DNA of 60,297 bases from Deltaproteobacteria bacterium TL4 (GTDB taxonomy: Bacteria; SAR324; NAC60-12). Position 1 is the first letter of the stretch. Each line of letters starts with the position of its first letter. A program made the position numbers and the translations under genes. Positions 27,878 through 38,062 of the stretch are shown here, one piece after another. Location of the stretch: assembly GCA_051382335.1 (NCBI GenBank), contig JBBCAX010000017.1, positions 1-60,297 on the forward strand. Reading direction: 5' to 3'. The notes beneath the pieces were generated by a model. The model worked only from the letters and a program-made list of their open reading frames with translations. It ran no database searches and was not told the DNA's origin.

Positions 27878-29995
27878 TCAACCTCGGCCTATAACTTGAG
27901 GTAACGTCGTTTTTTTCTCACCACCCACATTAAAAATAGAAACCATTTGATTGAGTTCGATAGCCATTTTTGCCAATGCGTCTGCGCTTGAAAGTGAATG
28001 AGAGGCCTCGGTATCCATGACATCAATAGCTTTCCCTATCTCTTTAATACTGCTATCGACTTTATTCACTTCGTCAGCGACTTGAGGTAATGATTTACTG
28101 ATGACCTTAACTTTCTGTGATCCCGCTATCACATTTCTGGCCGATTCTTTCGCTGCCTGTGAGGCCTCAGACATAGACCGCGCAATTTCTTTCAAACCTG
28201 TGGTGGCCTCCTTGATGTTCAATACCATTTCCTGACTCGAAGTTGAAATGGATTGAATGGCTTTAGATAACGCTGTGGTTGCCTTACTTTGTTCTTCAAC
28301 GGCTTTTTTATTGGAATGATTCAGTTCTGCTGCTTTTGAGATCACATCACTGACGGATTGACTATGTTTCAAAGCATCAAGGGTTTGCTTCTGCATTTGT
28401 TCTAATTGTAGTGCAATTTCACTGTTGGCCTCTGCCGTTTGTTGTGCTAAATTTTTAACCTCTGCAGCAACGACGGCAAAACCTTTTCCCGCTTCACCTG
28501 CACTTGCGGCCTCAATCGTGGCATTGAGTGCCAACATATTGGTCTGAGACGCAATGCTTGCAATGAGTTTTACGATTTGTCCCGTTTTTTTAGCGGTCTC
28601 CCCGAGTTGATTCATGGTGCCTAAGGTCTCTTGTGCGTTTTTTTGAACTTTATCGGAAATTACCATAGCTTCCTGAATGTTTTGAGTGACGTCAATCATG
28701 GTTTTTGACATGGTTTCTACCAAACTGACCACGGACTTGATATCTTTGTGCACTTGATCCGTATTTTGATTAATACCAGCCATATTCGCAGAAGCTTGTT
28801 CATTTGAGGCGGCTACCGTGTTAATACTACTGCTTAGCTGCTCAATACTGGCTTGAACGGAAACAATATTGGAGTACATTTCTTCAGCGGATTGGACCAT
28901 TGCCTGTGTTCCTGCCGCAGCTTCCGCTGAGCTGGAAATAATGGATAAAACATCACTGCGAACATTTGAAGAGTTCGATGACACTTGCTTTGATGAATGT
29001 GCCATCTCTTCAGCCTCATTTTTGAATTGATCCGCATAGGTTATGATGCCTTTTATGATCTCTTGAAGTTGAGCCAAGAACCGGTTGAGCCATTCAGAAA
29101 GCTCACCAATCTCATCCTGCTGATAAATTTCAACACGGCTGGTCAAATCGCCTTTTTCGGCAATGTGCGCAAAAGTTGAGACAATTTCCTTAATTTTACG
29201 GGTGATCAAATTCGTCATAAAATACAAAACAACCGTTGCGACAACAAGAATACCTGTGAAAATCCAAACAATACCCCAGACGATTTCATTGGTATTTTTT
29301 TCAAGATCTTCAATTTTTTCTTTTTTTGCCGTTTCAATGTCACTTAAATAAACGCCTGTTCCAATAACCCAATTCCACTTATCAAACAGCCTCACGTAAC
29401 TCAGTTTAGGTTGATGTTCTGTTAATTTGTTTTTTATGGGTTTCGGCCAGTCGTATCGGACATAACCTTCGTTATTTTTGCGGACTACCCGATTCATTTG
29501 GGCGAAAAAAGGAACTTTCCCCTCAATTCCGGTGGCATAGACGATTTCACCTTTTTGCTGCCCATTAGAATAACGATATTTAGAAATATCGGCACCGTTT
29601 AATGCTGGAACCGTTGGATGCATAATCATTTTCATCGTGTCAGGATCATTAGGATTGTAGGCGTGTATCCAAAAATAATCGCTGTTCTCCGTGCCATACC
29701 GAAAGGTTTGAATTTTCTTGGTAACATCCGCTTGGAGCTCTGCTTCGGACCTGGTGTTTTTAGCGTTAGAACTGTCCAAATAAACTGAATCTATATAGGA
29801 ATAAACGATATTGGTGATATTTTTTAACTCCTGCTTCTTCGTTTGGATGATGGATTGTTCAATACTTTCAATATCCAGTTCAGCCTCATGACGAACCTTG
29901 TGAATAAAAAAACTCCCCAAAAGCAAAATGGTACAAGACAATAGCATGATTTCTAAGATTAATATTTTTGGTGTGATTCCCAGTTTGATATTCAT
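27878..29995 (-). CDS. Methyl-accepting chemotaxis protein, sCache_2-like sensor, long signalling domain
   Basis: TM-Cache-TM-HAMP (DEIGELS); [30 protein letters not shown]. Confidence 0.95.
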   Translation of the reverse strand: MNIKLGITPKILILEIMLLSCTILLLGSFFIHKVRHEAELDIESIEQSIIQTKKQELKNITNIVYSYIDSVYLDSSNAKNTRSEAELQADVTKKIQTFRYGTENSDYFWIHAYNPNDPDTMKMIMHPTVPALNGADISKYRYSNGQQKGEIVYATGIEGKVPFFAQMNRVVRKNNEGYVRYDWPKPIKNKLTEHQPKLSYVRLFDKWNWVIGTGVYLSDIETAKKEKIEDLEKNTNEIVWGIVWIFTGILVVATVVLYFMTNLITRKIKEIVSTFAHIAEKGDLTSRVEIYQQDEIGELSEWLNRFLAQLQEIIKGIITYADQFKNEAEEMAHSSKQVSSNSSNVRSDVLSIISSSAEAAAGTQAMVQSAEEMYSNIVSVQASIEQLSSSINTVAASNEQASANMAGINQNTDQVHKDIKSVVSLVETMSKTMIDVTQNIQEAMVISDKVQKNAQETLGTMNQLGETAKKTGQIVKLIASIASQTNMLALNATIEAASAGEAGKGFAVVAAEVKNLAQQTAEANSEIALQLEQMQKQTLDALKHSQSVSDVISKAAELNHSNKKAVEEQSKATTALSKAIQSISTSSQEMVLNIKEATTGLKEIARSMSEASQAAKESARNVIAGSQKVKVISKSLPQVADEVNKVDSSIKEIGKAIDVMDTEASHSLSSADALAKMAIELNQMVSIFNVGGEKKTTLPQVIGRG

Positions 29996-30199
29996 AAATG
30001 TTCTCCTGCTCTTGAACTATTGATTTATTTCTTAGGGATAATGATTGAGAATTTTCATAGAAGAAACCGCAAATCTCGTTACCCTTGAATTATTACAAAT
30101 AAGTGGTTACAGATCACTCTGGATAAATCAGCCTCATCCTAACCTCATTATTTGTCATGATAAAGTCATAAATGCATCTAGTGTGAGCCTTTATCCAAA

Positions 30200-30394
30200 C
30201 TATAGATGTTCATTTAAGTAAATTCAGAAAACTCATCCTGTTGCGTGATCCGTTTAAACAACGCTGTTTCAGGAGAGCCAAAGCTTGCTTTGCCAGAAAG
30301 GCAATGGCCTTTCTTTGGATTTGGCCAAAGCAAGCTTTGGAACTCCACAGCCTAGGTTAGACTCAAATGAATTTATTTAAATGAACGTCTATAG
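30200..30394. mobile_element. MITE-like element, copy 2 (195 bp)
   Basis: 27-bp TIR with 2 mismatches, CTATAGA(T/C)GTTCATTTAA(G/A)TAAATTCA; internal hairpin 30272-30346 homologous to copy 1. Confidence 0.85.
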
Positions 30395-30591
30395 TCGAAG
30401 ATGAACGATGGGGGTTCAATGGGGCGATTAAGAAGGAGTATCCAACAAAGTTGAAGAACGCAAATGACGAAGAAAGGCCTAAGACTTCCTGCGGATCCCT
30501 GTTTGCGGAGGAGGCCTTAAGTAAGATCCGTACAGGGTTTGAACCAGATGTCAGTGACTCTGAATTGAAAGCAGAAGATCCTGGTCACCTC

Positions 30592-32670
30592 TCAGGCCTC
30601 TTGGTTTAAAGAAAGATTAATGACTTCCAATAAATGATCGAGTTGAATAGGTTTGAGAAGAAAATGAGCAATCCCTATCGTTTTTGCCTCTTTTTCTGAG
30701 ATCACACTACTATATCCTGTCGCTAAAACAACGGGAAGATCGGCCCGAATCCCCAACAATTCCCGAGCCAACTGTTTCCCTGTCATGTTGGGCATAGCCA
30801 TATCGGTAAACACCAGATCATAATCATAGGGATTTTTCTGAAACAACTTCAACGCATTTTGACCATTCTCGGTAACCGTCACTTTAAACCCTCTTCTTTC
30901 TAAAAAGGTTTCATACATTTGCATGATGGTGATTTCATCTTCTACAATCAAAATATGGAATTTCCTTTTTTTAGCAGCGAGCATCCCGAATTTGGAACTA
31001 TCCCGTTTTAATTTTGAAACGGTAGGCAGAAGAATGGTAAACTTGGTTCCTGACTCAAGTGAACTCTCGACACTGATCGTCCCTTTATGTTTCAAGACGA
31101 TACCGTGAACGACAGAAAGTCCTAATCCTGTGCCTTTTCCAACCTCCTTGGTCGTAAAAAAAGGATCGAAAATATGAGTAAGGTGTTTTTGCGGAATACC
31201 ACAGCCATTATCCTTAACCCAAAGTTCAATATAGTTTTCCGGCTTGCTCATTTGTCCCTCAGCAGGAGGGAGATACAAAACCTTGTTGGGATTTCTCCTC
31301 AGTCCAACTTCCAAAATACCATTATTTTGATGCTCCATCGCATGAAACGCATTAGTGCATAAATTCAAAATCACTTGATGCATTTGGGAAGTATTTACAT
31401 CGACATAACCGCAATTATCCTCAATGTCCACACGAATTTCAATATTCGCCGGTAAGGTTGAGCGCAACAGGGACAAGGATTCATGGAGTAACGCTGAGAG
31501 TTTGATGGAAATAATTTCTGTGTCTTCATCCATCCTGGAAAAGACCAAAATTTGTTTTACTAAATCCACTGCTCGATGTGAAGATTTTACGACTCTGGTC
31601 AAATATTCATGCTCTTCACTGCCTTCGGAAAATTGCTCCAGGAGTAACTCAGAGTACCCCTGAATTGACGCCAAAATATTATTAAACTCATGCGCAATTC
31701 CTCCCGCAAGCGTTCCCAGGGATTCCATTTTTTGTGTCTGTTGAAGTTGGTTGTCCCTATTAACCTGGGCGGTTATTTCTTGCGACATGATCAACCCGGC
31801 TTCAATCTCTCCCTCTTTATTTCTTACGGGGACACCATGAATCCTGTAAATCCGTTCCTTATATTTTTTTTCAAACCGGACTTCCTCACCACTTAAAATT
31901 TTCTGGTAATAGAACTCTAATTCTTGCGCTTTTTCTTGAGGAACAACCTCTCTCAGCACTTTACCTTCAATATTGACAAACCCTTGTTCTTTGAGAGAAT
32001 GCCCTTGTGCGATTAAAAAGCGGAAATTATGATCGAAGAGAAAGACAGAGGTATCCGGAAGATTTTCAATCAATAGGCGTCGCAAACTCTCACTATGATG
32101 TAAGGTTTTTTCTGATTTAATTTTTTCAGAAAGATCTTCGCAGAGCATGAGCCAGAACACGCCCACCCCTTCGTGGTCAAAGGAAGTGATTTTGGTATGA
32201 GTCCAACACTGACTTCCATTACTCTTGATGCGCTCAATTTTATTTTCCCAACTTCCTTCCTTTTCCAAGGTGGAACTGACCTCTTCAGTAAAAGCCTCGA
32301 AGGATCTTTCTGAAGGGGCAAAAAGGATTCGTATGGACTTTTCCGCTAATTCATTTTCTTCGTAACCAAACATATCATTGAAGGAGGTATTCGCATAAAC
32401 AAGCGTCTGATCTTTGACACGAACAATAGCGACGCCTTCAAGCATACTGGCTAAGGCACCGGTAATAATTTGTAAATGTTCTTCAATTTTTTGGGTTTTT
32501 TCCAGTGTGATATGGTCGCTTTCCAACCTGACAGCCAGCTTATTTAAAGCAACCTTGATTTTGTCAAAAGGAGCGTCCTGAGTAGCAGACTGCAATCCAA
32601 GTTCTAAGGTCCCACCAGAGATCTCCTGAATCATCTTGTGAATCTGTTCGAATTTTGTTTCGTCTATCAT
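30592..32670 (-). CDS. PAS-PAS hybrid sensor histidine kinase with C-terminal receiver
   Basis: Two PAS domains, H-box LAGGIAHEFNN, N-box NLCTNA, DNGCG, FDPFFTTK..GKGTGLGLS, REC (FTDMAMP); start ATG 32670 after GAAGGGGG. Confidence 0.93.
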   Translation of the reverse strand: MIDETKFEQIHKMIQEISGGTLELGLQSATQDAPFDKIKVALNKLAVRLESDHITLEKTQKIEEHLQIITGALASMLEGVAIVRVKDQTLVYANTSFNDMFGYEENELAEKSIRILFAPSERSFEAFTEEVSSTLEKEGSWENKIERIKSNGSQCWTHTKITSFDHEGVGVFWLMLCEDLSEKIKSEKTLHHSESLRRLLIENLPDTSVFLFDHNFRFLIAQGHSLKEQGFVNIEGKVLREVVPQEKAQELEFYYQKILSGEEVRFEKKYKERIYRIHGVPVRNKEGEIEAGLIMSQEITAQVNRDNQLQQTQKMESLGTLAGGIAHEFNNILASIQGYSELLLEQFSEGSEEHEYLTRVVKSSHRAVDLVKQILVFSRMDEDTEIISIKLSALLHESLSLLRSTLPANIEIRVDIEDNCGYVDVNTSQMHQVILNLCTNAFHAMEHQNNGILEVGLRRNPNKVLYLPPAEGQMSKPENYIELWVKDNGCGIPQKHLTHIFDPFFTTKEVGKGTGLGLSVVHGIVLKHKGTISVESSLESGTKFTILLPTVSKLKRDSSKFGMLAAKKRKFHILIVEDEITIMQMYETFLERRGFKVTVTENGQNALKLFQKNPYDYDLVFTDMAMPNMTGKQLARELLGIRADLPVVLATGYSSVISEKEAKTIGIAHFLLKPIQLDHLLEVINLSLNQEA

Positions 32671-32858
32671 GAACAAACCCCCTTCTACTGTGTCATTAAT
32701 TCTCTGAACATCTACAGCAACAAAAATACTTATTTTATTACAAATAGTTACTACCACCTGTGACGAATAATAAACGTCTACAGGCTTTTAAAACTTCGAC
32801 CCCATGCTTAATTTGTTGGTGAAAATCAGGATGTTTCATCATAGTGTGTGCTGCTGTT

Positions 32859-33377
32859 TTAAGGGTCTCGTTTATTGACCAGTGAGCCTAGTTTTTCATC
32901 AAACCGTTTTTCGCTTAAGATTTCTGTATCCATCAAAGGGCGAACCCTGACACGATTTCCAATAACCTCAACTATTTCAACTTGTTGATTAATCGGAATC
33001 GCTTCTCCGACATCAATGACGGTCCAGTCTTCCCCATAGATTTTAACCCTCCCTGATTGCGTCTTTGGATCAAGGGCTTCTGTTACCAACACTTTTTTTC
33101 CAACCAACGCATCCACATTCGATCGAAAGTTCGGTATTTTGTTTTGTCGAAACATCCGCTTGATCACGATCCATACCGCAGATGATGCCGCAGCCCAAGC
33201 GATCAGTGCGGCCCAAAAGGGGAGAATTCTTGAAAAAGGGGAGGCGATTAAGGCGCCTATTCCCAAGGGCAGACAAACAAAACCCGGGAGAAAAATTTCC
33301 AACAGCGAAAGCAGGATGCCGACGATAAAAAATATAAACCATGGTTCCAAATTTTGGAAAAGAGCTAACCATTCCAT
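32859..33377 (-). CDS. NfeD-family membrane protein (SPFH partner)
   Basis: Hydrophobic N-terminus with LEIFLPG; OB-fold LVGKK..V...GRVKIYGEDW; translationally coupled to the SPFH gene. Confidence 0.9.
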   Translation of the reverse strand: MEWLALFQNLEPWFIFFIVGILLSLLEIFLPGFVCLPLGIGALIASPFSRILPFWAALIAWAAASSAVWIVIKRMFRQNKIPNFRSNVDALVGKKVLVTEALDPKTQSGRVKIYGEDWTVIDVGEAIPINQQVEIVEVIGNRVRVRPLMDTEILSEKRFDEKLGSLVNKRDP

Positions 33378-34333
33378 CAGGATTGACTCTGTTTAAACAG
33401 ATCCGCGAGACTTCCCATTGCCCCTAAAGAAGCACTGGCTTCAAAGGGGATATAGACTTTATCTCCCGCACGTTGTGTGAAATTCTGGAATCCAGAAATA
33501 TAGGACTGCGCGATGATATATTTGACCGCAAGCTCTACGTTTCCATTACAGGCCGCAACTATTTTTAAAATGCCGTCTTTTTGGGCATCAGCGACTTTTC
33601 GTATCGACTCGGCTTCACCTTCTGCTGTTCGAATCAAAGCTTCCCGTTCCCCTTGCGCCTGGTTAATACTTTCCTGCATTTCTCCTTCAGAGCGGGCAAT
33701 TCTGGATTGTTTGTCGCCTTCAGCTTCCAACACTTTCGCTCGACGACCTCGCTCCGCCTGCATTTGCTTTTCCATCGCTTCTTGCACATCTCTTGGAGGC
33801 GTGATGTCTCGTATTTCAACCCGACTCACTTTGACCCCCCATTTATCGGTGGCTTCGTCTAACACCACTTTCAACCCCGTGTTGATCCGATCCCGTGAGG
33901 CCAGTGTTTCATCGAGTTCAAGTTCACCAACAACGGAACGTAATGTTGTTTGAGCCAGTTGTGAAACTGCGGCAGGTAAATTTGCGACTTCATAAACCGC
34001 TCGTTTAGGGTCAGTCACTTGTACATACATGATGGCATCCACCGTAAGTCCTACATTATCTTTTGTGATGACCGTTTGTTTATTAACATCCAAGACCATT
34101 TCCCGAATATCCACTCGAGGGTATAGACCAATAATCCCATCATTCTGCCACGTTGCCGCACGAGGTGTGTCAATGAAGGGAATGATAAAATTCAAGCCCG
34201 AGTTGAGGGTTGTGTGATACGTCCCCAAACGCTCGATGACCATCACTTCCCCTTGCCTTACAATATAGATCCCTTTCGACAGCAAAATGACCACAAAAAG
34301 CACGATTACACCACCAATTGCTATTAATTCCAT
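33377..34333 (-). CDS. SPFH/stomatin-like (QmcA-type) protein
   Basis: VIERLG.Y...L..GLNFIIPFID, ITKDNV, QTTLRSVVG, WGVKVSRVEI, MEKQMQAER..RA..LEAEG. Confidence 0.93.
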   Translation of the reverse strand: MELIAIGGVIVLFVVILLSKGIYIVRQGEVMVIERLGTYHTTLNSGLNFIIPFIDTPRAATWQNDGIIGLYPRVDIREMVLDVNKQTVITKDNVGLTVDAIMYVQVTDPKRAVYEVANLPAAVSQLAQTTLRSVVGELELDETLASRDRINTGLKVVLDEATDKWGVKVSRVEIRDITPPRDVQEAMEKQMQAERGRRAKVLEAEGDKQSRIARSEGEMQESINQAQGEREALIRTAEGEAESIRKVADAQKDGILKIVAACNGNVELAVKYIIAQSYISGFQNFTQRAGDKVYIPFEASASLGAMGSLADLFKQSQS

Positions 34334-34597
34334 ATTCCCTCTTTAGTTGATGAACAATAAATGAATGACGCTTGAATTCACACTTCCTCTTTTCCCCTTA
34401 AGTTAATTTTTTCGGAAAGTCAATTAGCATCTGATGTCAGGTGGATGAATTCTGCGGATAGAAACGAGACGGGCTGTTGGTGCAACAGGCCCTTGGGATG
34501 GATGTACCAAGGGGGTCTCCACCCCCAGACCTTAGGAAATGCTCCGTTGAAACAAAAAATTCATTGAAAATCAAACCAGTCCCGGGATGGCAAAATT

Positions 34598-36046
34598 CTA
34601 CGGTGTAGGGGGAGGCGTCCTATGGATGTTATTCATGGAGCAAAAAGGAATAAGTTTGGGATTCGAGTCTTGATCCAGGATGCCTACGTGAAAATTACAG
34701 TTTTGGAGGCGTTCCAAATCAAAATTATGAGGGTCCATGAAATGCATGATGCCTATGGTCAACCACTGGTCTGGAAGCCAATCGGTGATCAAGGTTTTAA
34801 CGGCCTTTGGGGAGTCTTGGGTGAGCAAAATAGCAGGAATCAATTTAACCCAAAGTTTTGGGTTTACATAACGTATCAAACTGACGGCAAGGGTTAAGAA
34901 AATTTTCCACCGTGGCCATTTGAGTTCAAAAGCTCTGTGCATGGTATGATAGAGTTTTTCATTATTGATGAGTCGGGGAATGGGTGAAAACTTACCATTT
35001 TTATAATCCACTGTGGTTACCATTCCACAATGCGGGTGAACACAAAAATCCTGAGGTTTCCCTCCCTTTGTAACCATTTCCCCGAGTGTTTGAGTCATGG
35101 ATAACGGGAAGAAATCACCTTCTTGAATCTCACCTTGGGTTTGCTCGTTCAACAGCTTTAATACATCGGGAATCGTGATTCGTTTCTGTTTTAATTGACT
35201 ACGATTGATTCGTCCTGAAAACGTAACAGGTTGAAACGAAACGTATTTAACCACATCTATGTTTTTTGCCGCAAACCTTAAAATATCGCCAACCTGATGA
35301 TCATTGATGCTTTTGGTCAGCGTAGGAACAAGGGTGAGTTTGTTATATCCAATAAGTCTGGCATTTTCGATGACCTTTTGTTTAACGGACCAAAGATCCC
35401 GTCCCCTTATTTTGAGATAGGGTTCAGGGCTGACGCCATCGAACTGTAAATAGATCAATACGTCCAAATCTCGCAATTTCTTGAAATATTCAAGATCTTC
35501 AGCGAGTCGCAGTCCATTGGTCAGAACCATGATATAGTTATATCCAAGGTCCTTCTCCATCTGAATGATTTCGGGCAAGTCATCTCGTAATGTCGGTTCA
35601 CCGCCACTGTTGGCAATACCCCCTACTTTGTACGGCTTATTAACCTGGTGTGCATACTCAAGAATTTTTCTGACTTGTTCCTTACTGAGTTCTTTAACTT
35701 CCTCTTTACTATTCGCTTCTGCATAACAAATAGGACATTGCAGATTACACTGATTGTTTAACTCAATAATTAATAAAGTCGTATGAACTTTATGATTCTC
35801 ACACAACCCGCAATCGTAAGGACAGCCTAATTCAGATTTTTTGGTGTGATCTAATCCCCTTCCCTGGTTACTGAATTGCTGAACTCGAAGATACTCCTCA
35901 TAGTTTCCCCAATAAACGTCTTCAAAATGACCGTGTTCAGGGCAATTTTTTTTCATAATGACCTGATTTCCAATTTCCCAAAGTTCAGCGTCCAATACTT
36001 TGAGATCTTCAGGACAAATCGACTTGGTTTGCTTAATGTAATGCAT
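34598..36046 (-). CDS. Radical SAM protein of the tetraether lipid synthase (Tes/GDGT-MAS)-like family
   Basis: TKSICPED...KNCPEHG.F..VYWG; GCPYDCGLC.NH; CNLQCPIC (CX3CX2C); SGGEPT; YLQFDG; FQPV; HPHCG; MHFMDPHNFDLERL..C...IPFC. Confidence 0.8.
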   Translation of the reverse strand: MHYIKQTKSICPEDLKVLDAELWEIGNQVIMKKNCPEHGHFEDVYWGNYEEYLRVQQFSNQGRGLDHTKKSELGCPYDCGLCENHKVHTTLLIIELNNQCNLQCPICYAEANSKEEVKELSKEQVRKILEYAHQVNKPYKVGGIANSGGEPTLRDDLPEIIQMEKDLGYNYIMVLTNGLRLAEDLEYFKKLRDLDVLIYLQFDGVSPEPYLKIRGRDLWSVKQKVIENARLIGYNKLTLVPTLTKSINDHQVGDILRFAAKNIDVVKYVSFQPVTFSGRINRSQLKQKRITIPDVLKLLNEQTQGEIQEGDFFPLSMTQTLGEMVTKGGKPQDFCVHPHCGMVTTVDYKNGKFSPIPRLINNEKLYHTMHRAFELKWPRWKIFLTLAVSLIRYVNPKLWVKLIPAILLTQDSPKAVKTLITDWLPDQWLTIGIMHFMDPHNFDLERLQNCNFHVGILDQDSNPKLIPFCSMNNIHRTPPPTP

Positions 36047-36078
36047 GTTCTCTCTCTAGTTTAGGAATTGTTGCCCGA

Positions 36079-36107
36079 ACTATAACCGGATCAAATGCGC
36101 ATTTCAA
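36079..36107 (-). promoter_or_regulatory. Sigma70-type promoter of the radical SAM gene
   Basis: Minus strand TTGAAA, 17-bp spacer, TATAGT, about 30 bp upstream of the ATG. Confidence 0.55.
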
Positions 36108-36201
36108 GCCGTCAGATTGTTGAGTACAAAGATTGTTGGTTTTTCTAATTTAAATTTTTTTGTAACCTATGGCCTCTAAATAAACTTGCGACAGCGGAAC
36201 C

Positions 36202-37893
36202 TTACTTTTTTCTGATCGGGAAGGGGATAGGTGTTTCCGATGGTTTGGAAAAATGATATCCTTGCGAATAGTGAACGCCAATGTCTTCCAAATAACTTTG
36301 AATTTCTCCATTTTCGACAAACTCAGCGATGATTTCCGTATTCATCCGCATTGCAAGCTCCAAGACAGTTTCCACAATAATACGACTATTTTCATCATGC
36401 GGTAATTTTTTTATAAAAATCCCATCAATTTTTATATAGTCAGGTCTGATGGCCAATAGCCGTGCAATATTCGATTGTTCTGCGCCAAAATCATCAATGG
36501 CCAGCTTACACCCCATATCCCGAAGCGCTAACAGGGTATCCGTGGCAGAGTTATTATTGCTCAGACTCATGTTTTCCAAGATTTCAAAGGTCACACGGGA
36601 CGGTTCAATCCGGTTTCCACGCAGTTGAAGCTTGATGAAGTCGAGCATGCTTTCGTCCTTTAAATCGTATTCCGTCAGATTGACAGAAAACTCATAATCG
36701 GTATTGAACATTTCATCAAAGCTTTTCATGATGACCAACTTGGTCGCACGAGTCATTTCTCCTGAATATTCAAGAACCTTCATAAAGAAGAAAGGCGAAA
36801 GCACCTGTCCCGCATTTTTTAAGCGCATGAGGGTTTCAAATTTATAAATCTGGCCATACCGTGGCCCGGTTTTACGATTATCCCTGATCCCTTGAAATAC
36901 AGGAATGAACATGTTGTTTTCAAACGATTCCTGAATGGCTCCTGCTTTTTGCAAATAATTCAAATGGACATCGGTCGTATCAAAATGTCTGTTATAAAAA
37001 ACCGTCCTCCCTTCCTGATTTTTTGATTCTCCCAAGGCCAAATGTGCATGATGATACATATCGTCTGAAGTCTGCGAAGCCAGTCCTATGGCTAATTTGA
37101 TGACGATGCGAAAGTTTCCATAAACCAGTTTTTCGGAACTGATCTTATCTCTAACCGCTTCCATCAATTCGAGCGCCTCTTCCTCTTTTTTTGAAAACAT
37201 CAGGGCAAATTCAGATCCTGAGACATGATAGATATCGGTCTCTCTGGGCAAAGTGGTTTTTAATGTTTCTGCGATATATCGAAGAACTTCATTTCCAGCC
37301 TCAAAACTTAATCCGTCATTAATTTCATTAAATTTCCGAACTTTTAAATAAGCGAGAATCGTGTGAGAATGATCCGCACTTGCCTGGTCGATCATGAATT
37401 TATCTTTATTCCAGCAACCGGTGATTTTGTCGATAAAAGGCTCCCTACCAAAAGAGAGACCATTCCGATTAGTGGTTAATTGTAATTTTTGTGTCAAAAT
37501 ACTTCCAATCAAACGATAAAGCACGGCATTCGTGTGTTCAAAGCTCTTTTGTAAGGAAAGATCCGCGTTATTTCCACTTACTGTCACTACAATCAAATCG
37601 GTTGAAGCTTCAACACTGATAGGGCTGGGAGAATGCGTAATTATAGTGTTTTCACCAAACATCTCTCCAGGCCCCTCCAAGGTATAAACCCAGGTGTTGC
37701 CTGAATACATCGTGACTCTCCCCTCCACCAATAAATAGAGTGTCTCGTTGATCCTGTTTTCCTGAATGAGCAGTTCTCCTTTTTTATATCGCGCCACCCG
37801 TGAAAAGAGAGAGAGATCCTTTACAAACTCTGTTTCGTTGCCTTCAAGAAAGGGAAATAATTCCAAGATATGCGTTAAAGGGGGTACATCCAT
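36202..37893 (-). CDS. cNMP-binding / degenerate GGDEF / EAL protein (putative c-di-GMP phosphodiesterase)
   Basis: cNMP domain (YKKGELLIQE, LYLLVEG, GPGEMFGE); GGDEF replaced by SGSEF; EAL variant ETLMRL with SVN, FEILE, AIDDFG, IKIDG, IAEFVE, SQGY intact. Confidence 0.9.
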   Translation of the reverse strand: MDVPPLTHILELFPFLEGNETEFVKDLSLFSRVARYKKGELLIQENRINETLYLLVEGRVTMYSGNTWVYTLEGPGEMFGENTIITHSPSPISVEASTDLIVVTVSGNNADLSLQKSFEHTNAVLYRLIGSILTQKLQLTTNRNGLSFGREPFIDKITGCWNKDKFMIDQASADHSHTILAYLKVRKFNEINDGLSFEAGNEVLRYIAETLKTTLPRETDIYHVSGSEFALMFSKKEEEALELMEAVRDKISSEKLVYGNFRIVIKLAIGLASQTSDDMYHHAHLALGESKNQEGRTVFYNRHFDTTDVHLNYLQKAGAIQESFENNMFIPVFQGIRDNRKTGPRYGQIYKFETLMRLKNAGQVLSPFFFMKVLEYSGEMTRATKLVIMKSFDEMFNTDYEFSVNLTEYDLKDESMLDFIKLQLRGNRIEPSRVTFEILENMSLSNNNSATDTLLALRDMGCKLAIDDFGAEQSNIARLLAIRPDYIKIDGIFIKKLPHDENSRIIVETVLELAMRMNTEIIAEFVENGEIQSYLEDIGVHYSQGYHFSKPSETPIPFPIRKK

Positions 37894-38062
37894 AATTTCC
37901 GATCAGTAATTCCAGTTACAAATAGAGTTTGTTTTATCGTTTCACCTTCAACTTGATCAAGTTTTCTTACGACTCCAGACACTAATCTAGTACGTATCAG
38001 ATGAATATGAAAAAAACAGCTTTGGAAATAAAAATACCAAAAAAAATTCAATGTTCCGAGCT

